Of a stretch of DNA of 64,000 nt, positions 37,908 to 50,223 are shown piece after piece. The notes beneath the pieces were generated by a model. It saw only the letters and a list, made by a program, of their open reading frames with translations. It was not told the DNA's origin and ran no database searches. Within the stretch, counting starts at the first letter, position 1; every line of letters starts with the position of its first letter. This stretch comes from Octopus sinensis (taxonomy: Eukaryota): positions 55,800,001 to 55,864,000 of the forward strand of contig NC_042999.1 of the NCBI RefSeq assembly GCF_006345805.1. The letters run 5' to 3'. The position numbers and the translations under genes were made by a program.

Positions 37908-38199
37908 CAATTAAATAATTAAATTTAGAAAAATTAAAAGAAAAGTTTTTTTAAAAGAATATTTGTATAGTGTTCGAATATAAGTGGCATTTTCCTTGTT
38001 TCTGCCTGTCTCTGCCTCTCTTGTTTACTCTTGTGGGTTCAATATATATATATATATATATACACACATACATATATACATACTTGCATACATGCATCTA
38101 TACTCACACACATATATATATACACACAAAAGTGAGCATGCATGTGTGTTTGTGTGTGTGCATGTGTATGTCTGTGGGGGCGGGGTAAATGCATGAATC

Positions 38200-39650
38200 T
38201 ATTATGTGAAAACAATCAATAACTAGTATTGCAAACTCATCAGAAAACTATACTGAACTTATACTTAGATTTTCTCATTTCAATCGTTCAGGTCAGCTTC
38301 ATTGTCAAACTTTTAATCAAGTTCATTTGCCCCGCTAAATGTGACCTAGATCAAATCGGTAAGAATACTGAGATAGGATTATACTTAGTGTTAAAGATAA
38401 ACTCAAGATTAACCTTTGGTCTAATACAGGTGAGGTAATTACCTGGTTCTATCCCATCCAAAATGTGTAATCCTTTATTCTTGTTTGACATTATTCCTGT
38501 TTCTCTGATTTTATTGAACAAAGCTTTCAATTCCATTGAGTAACTTACACTACTCTTTCTTTTAGATATTGGTATAATATCAGTGGCTAGAAAAACCCTC
38601 ATCTCTTTCATCAATAAGACATGGTATAGAACATCTAATAGTGACAATTTTTATATAACAATGGGATTGTCAGACTTCTCACAAGTTACTGGTTTGGTTA
38701 CCTTGTTCCTTCTTCACCAATTCCACTTACATTTCCCAAATATTGAAGATGGTCTTTATAGAGACAATGCTCTTCTCATCACCTCATGAGTACCTAAATT
38801 TTTATAGAAACTTTAATTTAATTATTACGATCAACAATAGTCATAAAATTGCTAATTTTCTTCATACCACTTTATCATAAATTCAAATCCAATGAATATC
38901 TCAGATATATTAGTAATAATTTTAACCACCGTAGGTCTGTCCTGAATAACATTTCTATTAGAATCTCCAATCTATTGACTAATGAAGGTATATTCTATAG
39001 CCCTGTTTGTTAGTGGCTTCACTGATAAAATAAAGTACATTCAGAGCATTAAGCTCAAAAGTTTGATTGTGCAATTAATCCCACACATTATGCCAATTAT
39101 GGCTAACTCTTATTTACTGAATATTGCTAATGGGATAATCTCTATTGATAATTTGAATACTCATGACTAATTCTCATAGAAGCTCCAGTAAAAGAAATTC
39201 TTTCCCTATAGTTAATATTTTTGTTAGCCTTCTATCCCCATTTATGTCTGCAACAACATATGGGAATGGTAGATCCAATAGGGAGAAACGTGTCATTTTT
39301 CAAAATGCTTGGATGGAATAGGAATAGGAGACATAAAGTTCTATGGTTTATACTGCCTTTTTGCTTGAAAATTAAAGCACTTCCAAAATTCTTCTTCAGT
39401 ATTCTTATTACAAGGTCTATTGTTAAAACAGGAAGGCCTAGCCAAGGTGGCTAAACTCCATATGATCTCTGAAGCAAAAAAATCTATCAAGGTTTTAAAA
39501 AAGAATAATGGGTTCTTCACAAACTTTCCAAGTCTTATCATACGCTGAAATTGAATGGGTGCTTTTCTTTGCTGTCACATCTCACAAATGAATCTCTTTT
39601 GGACTGAATAGTGACTAGTAACAAGAAATGGGTTCTCTATAAAATTGTCA
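38200..39650 (+). pseudogene. Penelope-like element reverse transcriptase (and probable downstream GIY-YIG region), heavily decayed
   Basis: Plus-strand peptides in order: LICPAKCDLDQIGK, KLKINLWSNTGEVITWF, ARKTL, NFYITMGLSDFSQVTGLVTLFLL...GLYRDNAL (compare the PLE motif FDVTMGSxDGAEVCELVG...LYRDDGL), HKIANFLHTTL, NISIRISNLLTNEGIF. The GIY-YIG assignment is weak. Confidence 0.8.
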
Positions 39651-39664
39651 GGTGCTGAAGACAG

Positions 39665-40237
39665 TGGGTAGGGAAAGGGGAAACACTGGCACCTCAAGCT
39701 AAAGAAGGTCTTCACCCATGTAAGGTGTTGTTTGGTGAGATATAAATGGTTTAGTCAACTTTGAATTTTTAAACCCAAACCAAATGATAACAAGGGAGAT
39801 CTAGTGTGAGCAGCTTGAGTAGCTTAAGTCAGCACTAAAAGAAAAGCGACCATCTTTGGTTTCAAGATGAAAGGTGTTCTTCCATCAGGATAATGCTCAA
39901 CCACGTATTGTGAGGATAACATTCCAAAGGCTGCCGCAGTTTCAAAGGGAAATGATGTCCCACCCACCATATTTGCTGAGCAAAGGTCCATCTGATTATC
40001 ATTTGAAAGGAGAAAATATAAATTCTGTAGAAGAGGTCAGAACAGTACTGGAGGAGTATTTTTCATCACGGACAAGTGAATTTTGGAAGAGAGGCTTTGC
40101 AAGTCTACCAGATAGATAGAAGAGCAGTGTAGAAAATGAAGGAGAGTATATTATAGATTAAAAAAGGACTTTGTTTATTTTTATTTTGAAAAATAAAAGA
40201 AGTATAAAAAATCTGCATTATTTATGGGATGATCTAA
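39665..40237 (+). mobile_element. Mariner 3' half
   Basis: ORF 39874-40119 (FFHQDNAQPR...HPPY...PSDYHL...FWKRG). It ends in the TIR ATTATTTATGGGATGATCTAA followed by TA. Confidence 0.88.
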
Positions 40238-40363
40238 TACTTGCCCTAGCCTAGTTTATCTTTATCAAGATTTTTTTTATTTATTCTTTAGCATAGTTTG
40301 ATATCATACCTTAAATTATATTCAATATTTAAGTACCTTAGACTTGTATTTTTTATTAAATGA

Positions 40364-40746
40364 CTGGCAGTATCGCCCGGCGTTGCTCGGGTTTGTAAGG
40401 GAAATAACTATAAAGCATTTTTAGAGAGTTATAGCCAAAAAATAGCAAAAAAATGGAAAAAAAATTATGGTAAGTTTTTTTGAGAGTTAAAAAGGTCGAG
40501 TTGCGTCCCCTAGACAGTCTGTGGTTTGTGTTTCTGATTCTCGACCCCATTTCGAATTTATCGATTTTTTTCAGAACTGGAGGGACTTTTCAAAATTTTC
40601 GCTGCGTTAGTTTTGAATTATGACATTGGGCTATGTGTGTGTCAAGTTTCATCAGAATCGGTTGAAAGCTGTGGTCAGGGTGAGGGTACAACCTAACAAA
40701 CACACAGACACGCAGACAGACAAACTACCGTTTATATAGAGAGAGA
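40364..40746 (-). mobile_element. Short non-autonomous Helitron/Helentron-type element (~380 bp)
   Basis: The left end is ACTGGCAGTATCGCCCGGCGTTGCTCGGG (a CTAG variant plus hairpin). The body has AAGTTTCATCAGAATCGG and CAGACAGACAAAC. The right end is TTTATATAGAGAGAGA|T. Confidence 0.75.
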
Positions 40747-41277
40747 TTATAAAATATTTATATATTTGTAGCCCCTCCTTATATCTTCTAAAAAATTATC
40801 TTCCTTTAGCCTTCATTTTTATTTTATTTTCTTTAAATTTTTTAGGATGACTACTAAGCTTCCTTGAGGGCCAGACATTTAGGAAGACATTCACTCAGAC
40901 CTGCTGGCTTCCCCTATCTCCTCTCCCTAAATTATATCTCTTTGATATCCACCCCAACCATATATCCTTGTCTCTTGATTTATAATACACTTTGCTATTC
41001 TGTCATTTGAATGAACACTCATTTATCTATTATGAATATCCCTCCTATTTCTGTCCTCCGTGTTTTTAACTCCATTCTTTTTTTGTATCCTCCTTCTATA
41101 TATCTTTCCTCTTACTCCCTCCCACACTTTTTTTTATTCTTTTGATCTTGCTTCTTCATCAATGAAAAAGCTTAAGCTTTTTACATTGATGTATTACCTA
41201 TCCAATTACTCATCCACCCCACTTTCCCCCATCCTTTATTGAAGTGGGACCTTATTTTTTTTCCTTTTCTTTTAATT

Positions 41278-41675
41278 CTTTTCACTTGTTTCAGTCATTT
41301 GACTGCAGCCATGCTGGAGCACTACCTTGAAATTTTACAGTTAAATAAATCGACCCCAGGACTTAATTTTTTTAAGCCTGTTACTTATTCTATCAGTTCC
41401 TTTCTGCCAAACTGCTAAATTATGTGGACATAAACACATCAACACCAGTTGTCAAGCGGTGATGGGGGGGGGGGACAAACACTGACACGAAGCCACACAC
41501 ACAGATATATATATGATGGTCTTCTTTCAGTCCATCTACCAAATCCACTCACAAGGCTTTGGTTGACCCAGGGCTATAGTAGAAGACACTTGCCCAAGGT
41601 GATACACATTGGGACTGAACCCAGGACTATGTGGTTGGGAAGCAAGCTTCTTACCACACAGCCACGCCTGTGCCT
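41278..41675 (-). mobile_element. SINE family A, CpG-decayed
   Basis: Family A tail-to-head match. Confidence 0.88.
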
Positions 41676-42230
41676 ATGTATAAAGAATATCTCTAACTGC
41701 TAAATTTATTCCTTCTGAGACAGATGAAATATATGACAACGCAGTTATAGCTTGAATTGATTTATTTTATATTTAATATTTAATACCACTTTAGTACACA
41801 TTTATGTCTACATAATGCACATTAATGCATCTATTTGCCACAAAATCTCTGAAACAGCTGTAAAAGACAGTCTTGAGTTTTCTCATTTCTTCTCAATTGT
41901 ATTTTTGCATATGGTGTCTCTCAAGACGCTTACCTTTTTATGAAGGACCACTATGGGCTGTTTTCTTGCTTTCTGCTTAATATTTTATATGCATATTTGT
42001 GTAACTTGATTATTAATACTTTTGTGACATAAACAGCTACCTGTCCATCTTTTATTCTATCTTTATTTTTATTGGTTTGACTGGTGCATTCCATATTGCT
42101 ATCTCTTATTTACTTGAATTATGTTTCCCATGATTTGACATTGAATTTTAGGATTCTAATCTGGTCAGAGTACTTACTTGTATCTATTCTATACCTTGTA
42201 ATAAATTATTATCCATTGTATGTGTTTATA

Positions 42231-42263
<33 letters not shown>

Positions 42264-42295
<32 letters not shown>

Positions 42296-42540
42296 TTAAC
42301 ATCAGCTCTCCATCATGGCATGGGTTAGGCAGTTTGACTAGAACTGATGAGCCAGAGAGCTGCACCAGATTCCAGTCTGGTTTGGCATGGTTTCTACAGC
42401 TAGATGCCCTTCCTAATGCCAACCAGGAGTGTAATGGGTGCTTTTATGTGCCACTGGCACAGGTGCCATTTACAAGAGATCAGCAATGACAACGACTACA
42501 ATTCACGGGTGCCATTTATATGGCACTGGCATGGCCACAA
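42264..42540 (-). mobile_element. Family C element
   Basis: (CAT)n tail then TTTAACATCAGCTCTCCATCATGGCATGGGTTAG...GATGCCCTTCCTAATGCCAACCA. Confidence 0.8.
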
Positions 42541-42551
42541 CTATGATATAT

Positions 42552-42955
42552 TCTTTATCTTTTACTTGTTTCAGTCATTAGACTGTGGCCATACTGGGGC
42601 ACTGCTTTGAAGAACATTTAGTTGAATGTATCAACCTCAGTACTGGTGCTTATTCTATCAGTCTCTTTTGTCAAACTGCTAAGTTATGGAGACATAAACA
42701 GACCAGGACTGGTTGTGAAGCAGTGGTTGGGGAACAAACACAGATTCAAAGACATGCATGCACAAAGATATATACATATATATTATGGGCTTCTTTCAGC
42801 TTCCATCTGCCAAATCCACTCATAAGGCTTTGGTTTATGAGTGGCTGTAGGCTATAGCAGAAAACACTTGCCCAATGTACCATGCAGTGGGACTGAACCC
42901 CAAACCATGTGGTTGGGAGGCAATCTTCTTACCACACAGCCATATCTGCACTTAT
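42552..42955 (-). mobile_element. SINE family A, CpG-decayed
   Basis: Family A tail-to-head match. Confidence 0.85.
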
Positions 42956-42962
42956 ATATATA

Positions 42963-44855
42963 CTAGCAGATATACCCAGCATTGCCTGGGTTAAAGAGAA
43001 TAATGAAATATAAAAATGCCATCTAGATTATGCAGGTCTCAACTGCTAGTAGCTGAGATATCGACTTTCTACATTAATAACTCTCCAACCCATGCCAGTA
43101 TGGAACATAGACGTTAACCAAAATGTTAAAAGAAAGTTTTCAACACATATATGTATATAAAGTAAATACACGTAATTCAAAAACACTTTTTGTGTAGCTT
43201 ATTCCGTAACTAAAAAACAGGTACAGATTATAAACAATGAAGGGCCAATTTTGGTGATTCATTTGACGGAGGTAGTAGAGAGCCAATCCGATGATAGATC
43301 TCACCTTGGATCTTGAAAGTCTGCATGAATCCTGACTTAGTTAAATTTCTTGTGGCTCCAAATGATGTCATCGGTAGTGCATCATTGTATTGTCTAATTT
43401 TGTTTTGGAATTGCTTTCAGTCTTGATCAGTTGATGACTTCTTCAATGGCTGTAGGTTTGGGGATTGCATGGAGTTTAACCTTTCCACCACTGCAGTACA
43501 GTGCAGGTTACTTCCTGTCTCTCCAGGTCACTTCCTGGCCTTACAATATATGCACTCAGTTGTCATTGCACCAATGGAAACTCTAGCATCATCTGCACAA
43601 TGAACTGCACAATTGAAAGCTGCGTCATAGAAGTTGCTTCTCTGAGCTGTTGCAACTGCTCTTCGTTCTGCAGTGGAGATACTATTACTTGTCAGCCATG
43701 CATACCTCTGTTCATCACTTCGAGATGCTCTGGCTTTTGTAGTGCAGAGTCTGTTTGTTTCTTGGTATGATTCTCCTTATGCATGTGTTTCTCTTTTGCT
43801 GGACTGAAGCATTCTTTTGGCTGACCTTCACATTGTAGACAAATTTGACACTTTCCTTCTAGGCATGGTTATATACGTATACAGAAATACATGGGTGCAG
43901 GAAATAGTAAACAATGAAAATAACTGGGTAATGGAAATTATATTCCTTAATGCAATGGGCAGAAAGTAAATAAGAAATTTTTACAGAAAATAAAGAATTG
44001 TATGGGTTGAAGCAAAATTTGTCACTTAGAGAACCAAAGAACCAGTATCAAAGGAACCAGGAAAAAAGCCATTAACAACTGAAAAACACAAAACTGTTGC
44101 AAAAGTAAATAAGAATTTTTTAGGGAAATTAACTAAGTGTACAGATTTAAGAGAAAATTTTGAAGTTACTTTTCTCAGTAAGTTATGAATTCCATCAACA
44201 AAAAAAAAACATTACAAAAGTAAGTAAGAGATTTGTAGGCAAATTTAATGAAGTGCACGGATGATTAAAGTGCAATTTATGAAGTTACTTCTGTCAGTAA
44301 ATTATGCATGAAATTATTTTCATCAGTAATTGTGAACTTCTTTCTGTCAGTAATTTGTCATTGTTGTTTGTAAACAGCGATTGAAATTTACAGTGAAAAC
44401 CATATTGATTGAACTTAGAGTGAAAACAATAGCATCTGAAAAATGAAAATGAAAAAATAAAGAGTGACTGAGATATAGAGAGAGGGAGAGAGAGCTAGTT
44501 AGTGAGACAAATAAGATAGATAGGTAGAGAAATATAGAGAGATAGAGATATACGTGAAAAGTGAATACACACACATCTCTATTTTATATATTAGATGAGA
44601 TTGTGATAATTTTTTGACCAATGGATCTAAGGGAGACAATCAATTTATGAAAGTTACTTCACAAAGTGTTACCTCCCATAACCTCGGAATGATTATTTTC
44701 TGCCCCCAGGGGGAACGTTATTCATTATGGGAAAAATTTAAAGAGTCTAAAACCATCTCTGGAACATAAGTAATGTATGTTCCCAGTTTGGACAAAATCC
44801 GTTGAAAAATATACCCATTATAATCCTTTACATACACACACAGACAGAACGTGAT
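42963..44855 (-). mobile_element. Non-autonomous Helitron (~1.9 kb), copy 2
   Basis: CTAG|T end with perfect hairpin ACCCAG-CATTGC-CTGGGT. It is collinear with 16316-18150 and has the same RepHel fragment and the same deletion. Confidence 0.9.
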
Positions 44856-45009
44856 TTATATGTGTGTGTGTAATGATATAAATAAAGTATATATACATAT
44901 ATATGCATATATACATACATATATGTACATACATACATACATGCATATACATGTATAAATATATGCATATATGGGTACAGGACGTCACAAAACGTCAACA
45001 ACATGAAAT

Positions 45010-45325
45010 AAGAAAACAACATGAAATACGAAGACAAACTTGTGTATACGAACAACTAGAGAAACAAATGGAAAACAAGGCAAGTAACATAAAGAACTAC
45101 CCTTCATCAGTTGTCAGTTGTCCATTTACTCCCCATTTCGAGCAATTAACGACACTATGAGACTTCGTCAAAGCCTCATATTGTCATTAATTGCTCAAAA
45201 TGGGGAGTAGATGGACAGCTGGCAACTGATGAAGGTCCTTCTTTAAGCTACTAATCTTATTTTCTATTTGCTTCTCTCGTTCGCATACCCAAGTTTGTCT
45301 TTGTATTTCATGCTGTGTTTGATTT
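45010..45325. repeat. Inverted repeat (inner arms ~45100-45164 / ~45171-45236, degenerate outer arms), PLE-tail-like
   Basis: CCTTCATCAGTTGTCAG...TATGAGACTT against AAGCCTCATA...GGCAACTGATGAAGG. A related single-copy fragment lies at ~53830-54060. Confidence 0.8.
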
Positions 45326-45394
45326 GTTGTTGATAATAAATATTAAGTTCATATTTCTGAGAATACTATCTTCAGAGGGAACAAAAAATATATC

Positions 45395-45480
45395 CTGTTC
45401 CCTCTGAAGATATGGTCAGAAATATAAACTTGGTTTTTAATTAATTTACTGTGTATAATTGAAACAGCTGTAAGGGACAG
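45395..45480 (+). ncRNA. Type-I hammerhead ribozyme motif with a fully canonical core and a long, weakly paired stem II
   Basis: CTGTTCCCT-CTGAAGA-(50 nt)-GAAAC-AGCT-GTA-AGGGACAG. Stem I has 8 bp with one bulge, stem III is the palindrome ACAGCTGT, and the triplet is GUA. Confidence 0.65.
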
Positions 45481-46082
45481 TGTTCGATTTGTTGTTGATA
45501 AATAACTATTATTAACTTCACAATCTCCATTTTCTTCTTCTTCCTATATATATATATAGACACACACACACACACACACACACTCATACTTATATATATA
45601 TATACATATTTATGTATATATGATGATTGCCTCATCTTATCAGCTGTTTCACATTCAGCCTACTTGTTCTGTTTTACTTTCAACCTTGTATGTGCACAGA
45701 TATGACTTTTCACACCGCTCATCCATCACTATAGAACTTTATACAATACAGAACGGATCTGGAAATGAAATGATTATGAGATAAATGTAAATCATTGGAT
45801 TTAAGTAACAAAAGCTTGTACAACATTCTCTCATTCACCATAGTAGGTTCCATTGACAAGCATTGCAAGATGACTGGTATTATTCTGACAAGTTTTATGT
45901 CAGAGTATCTTTTACCTAGAAGAGCTGCCTTCCCCATGGCTTTCTCAAAACAGAAGTCTCATCTACCCATGAGAAATCTATTTAAGTCATAGATGGGAAC
46001 CTGACAGGTACTACCATTCTGGGACAGAATAGACCTGGGGGTGTGACTCCAGAATATATATGTATGTGTGTGTCAAAATTAC

Positions 46083-46455
46083 TCTCTTTTGCTCTTTTAC
46101 TTGTTTCAGTCATTTGACTGTGGCCATGCTGGAGCACCACCTTTAGTCAAGCAAATCGACCAAAGAACAAATTGTTTGTAAGCCTAGTACTTATTCTATT
46201 AGTCTCTTTTGCCAAACTACTAAGTTACAGGGATGTAAACACACCACCATCAGTTGTCAAGCAATGTTGGGGGGCAAACACAGACACACAAACATGTACA
46301 CACACATACATATATACGATGGGCTTCTTTTAGTTTCCGTCTACCAAATCCACTCACAAGGCTTTGGTCAGCCCGAGGCTATAGTAGATGACACTTGCCC
46401 AAGGTACCATGCAGTGGGAATGAACCCGGAACCATGTGATTCGTAAGCAAGCTAC
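46083..46455 (-). mobile_element. SINE family A
   Basis: Family A tail-to-head match, with the head truncated. Confidence 0.88.
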
Positions 46456-46456
46456 T

Positions 46457-47300
46457 TTATTTCATTAAATTTGTCATGAAGACAGTACACAGATTAGGTT
46501 GGCACGCAAACTTTTGTACATCCGTAAGGATGTCAAAAAGTACACATACAGTTCCATACTTTTCTCCCCTACAGATAAATTTAAAAGTTGGCAGGTACTG
46601 TGCCAACTCTTTCTCAATCTCAGGCTGAGAGAACACAGCAATGGTTTCAAGGGCCCTAGAGTAGGTCCTTAACACCACCATTCTCTCAGTATAATTTTTG
46701 AGTCATTCTTTGGGGGCCACAATTCACCACTCCAAAGCAGTATTCTTTGTTGCCATTTTTTCCAAAAATAAAATAAAAATAGAATGTTCCAAAAACAAAA
46801 GAGTCCAAAAATGTTCAAATAAAAGTCAATAAAAAACACAAAGAAAGAACAGAAAGACAGATGAGAGAACAAAAAGGAATGAAAGAAGACAGTTCAACTG
46901 GCAACAAAATTCTGCTACTCAGGTAATCCACAAGTTGCAGTTCTCCGTCGCAGCACAAAAATTAAATTCTTCCAGTCTTCACACTCCTTGCCTGAATAGT
47001 AAATACAAAGGTAATTCCTGGCATGAATGCAGTCAAAAAAGACAATTTTCATAAACAAAATTTTTCCAGAGGGAATACGCCTCCCAAAAACACAATTCTC
47101 ACTGCAAAGTGAGTCTTTTCACAGGACCACAGGCAGGCAAATGTCTGGAACAGAGTGGAGACTGTTGCTCAACAAAAATTATTAATTACAGAGCAACAAA
47201 CTCTACTAAGCCCCCAAAAAACAAAACAAACCCCTACCTGTAGTTGTGCTTCAAATGCTCAATTTTTCACGTCGAAAGACGTGACTTCTAAGCAGCATGA
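46457..47300 (-). mobile_element. Probable LINE 5' end with the start of ORF1
   Basis: ORF 46457-46681 (VVLRTYSRALETIAVFSQPEIEKELAQYLPTFKFICRGEKYGTV) is preceded by a T-rich 5'UTR-like tract. The family assignment is from recollection only. Confidence 0.45.
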
Positions 47301-47362
47301 AAAAATATGAACTGTTCTGTAGTAAGGTCAGCAAGCTACTTACCACAGAGCCACTCCTATAT

Positions 47363-47457
<95 letters not shown>

Positions 47458-47652
47458 CTAAGTCACAATATATGGATGATATATGTATATGGGTTTGGCA
47501 ATGTAAACAGGAAAAATATGACTCAAAACATGAGTATATATATATGTTTATTAATGTTTGACAGACATAACAGAGTGACTCAAGGACCCTTGAGTCATTC
47601 TGTTACTTCTGCCAAATATCAATAAAAACACACACACAGATATATATGCACA

Positions 47653-47705
<53 letters not shown>

Positions 47706-47819
47706 ATATTTCGGAATGGTCATATTGCCAGTTTAGCCAATAAAAACACACGCACTATATATTTGGTGTTATTTTGCTTCAGTGTTATTTACTTTTTACA
47801 TTAATCTTAATCTTATTTC

Positions 47820-47864
47820 GGCCAGAGTTCTTTCGTCACACTCCTGTGACCGCATCAGTGGTCC
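47820..47864 (-). ncRNA. Minimal type-I hammerhead-like motif with an A9C change
   Basis: Minus strand reads GGACCA-CTGATGC-G-GTCAC AGGAGT GTGAC-GAAA-GAAC-TC-TGGCC. Stem II has 5 bp and stem I is CCA/TGG. Confidence 0.5.
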
Positions 47865-48509
47865 TTTGTTTTCTTCTTTCTTATTTGTGTCTCTCCTTAC
47901 TAACCGTCAGCCATTTTGTATTTCTATTGTCTGTTTTCATTTGCGCATGCTTATATCTCTATGTGCGTCTATGTTTATTTAGTGTGTGTATGTGGGGGGA
48001 TGCCTATAATATTTGTATCTTCAGTTTATATACGTTCATGTAATTTGTATTTTGTTTTTGTTGTTGTTTTTGTTTATTCTTATTTTGTTCATGTGTTTAC
48101 ATCCACTTATTATTATCATTACATATGCTTTTATGTATGTATAACAACAATACTAGTAATAATAATAATAAATTGAATCGAGAAAAAAAAATTTTTTTTA
48201 AATATATATATATATATATATATATAGATATATATATATATCTAGTTATTTATTTCTATTTGTTTATTTATCTGTGTATTTATTATGTTTTTGGTATCCT
48301 CTATCGTCATATGTTGTGGTGTGTGCTAGTGCTCGATTCTAGTTTTCTTTATGGAAGCACTTTTGTTAAAATGCCTTCGATAGAAGAAAGTCCAAAAATG
48401 AATTTCGCTGCAGCCGTACACTTCTATACAAGAGGGAGGACAAGATCCAATTGATTGAAATTGCAAGAGACGGGCCTACAATTCCAGTCTGTTATATATT
48501 TTGAGTATT

Positions 48510-48725
48510 GTTATCACTAGCAATATCAAGATAAAACTTGGACTCCACCTGTACGTGCTTGCAATGATTCATTCCTGAGAGTATGTGACCTTCGGGCCAT
48601 TTGACGTTGGGGAAGTTGAAATCACCCATAAGAAATATGGTCACGTGGTGTTCCAGATTCATGACGATTTCTTTCATTCTTGTGAGGCAATCTTCAAACT
48701 TGCCTATGTGATTTGGAGCATCCGG
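48510..48725 (-). pseudogene. CR1-like LINE endonuclease fragment
   Basis: [20 protein letters not shown]...[16 protein letters not shown] at the end of ORF 48492-49121. Confidence 0.8.
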
Positions 48726-49157
48726 TGGGCAATATATATATATATATATGGATATGTATATATACATATACATACATATATACATATACATACATATATA
48801 CATATACATACATATATACATATACATACATATATACATATACATACATATATACATATACATACATATATACATATACATACATATATGCATATATATA
48901 CATATATACATATACATACATATATACATATACATACATATATACATACATATATACATATACATACATATATGCATATACATATATGCATATACATACA
49001 TACATATACATACATACATATACATACATACATATACATACATACATATACATACATACATATACATACATATACATACATATACATATACATACATACA
49101 TATACATACATACATAAACATTCATACATATACAAACATACATATACATACATATAC

Positions 49158-49206
<49 letters not shown>

Positions 49207-49223
49207 CATATATATATATACAT

Positions 49224-49258
<35 letters not shown>

Positions 49259-49290
49259 CATATACATATATACATATATATATATATAGG
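48724..49290. repeat. Higher-order microsatellite with an 18-bp unit (TATACATATACATACATA)n
   Basis: Direct reading. It produces the YIHIHT-repeat ORFs. Confidence 0.9.
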
Positions 49291-49420
49291 GAGGGTTTAC
49301 GAAAAACCAAAAGACGAAGACAGGTGGTGTACAAAACAAACAGATGTAGTAGTACAACGCTCAGGAATAGAAAAATCTGTTACGTTTCGAACCTACGCTC
49401 TTCTACAGAAAGGGACACAG
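49290..49420 (-). mobile_element. PLE-like terminal fragment (same family as 13070-13200)
   Basis: Minus strand reads TTTCTGTAGAAGAGCGTAGGTTCGAAACGTAACAGA plus the shared tail. Confidence 0.55.
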
Positions 49421-49473
49421 AAAGGAGAGAAAAAAATGTGTGTAGTGGCTAACGATCTATCATGGCGACTAGT

Positions 49474-49830
<357 letters not shown>

Positions 49831-50223
49831 CACATACCGATACACCAACCCACACTCACACAGGTGCAGGTGTGTCTGTGTGGTAACAAACTTGGTTCCA
49901 AAACACTTGGTCCTCAGTTCAGTCCCACTGTGTGGTAACTTGGCATGTGTCTACTGTTATAGCATCATACCAGCCAGAGCTCGATCTGTGCAACTTTGGG
50001 TCAACCATCCACAGCTACCAGCCCAATGTCGACAAGGAGAAATGAAAGTATCACCTCTGGAGTTTGCAAATGACCACAATACAGATACGTAACTGTACAG
50101 AATATATTTAGTGGAGGCAAAGACGCTATGGCGAACAGAGCTCGCTCTGGGCGACATTGAGGCGACTGTGCACAGCTACCAGCCCACAGTCGACGCTATG
50201 GCATTGGTATCACTATTACAAAT

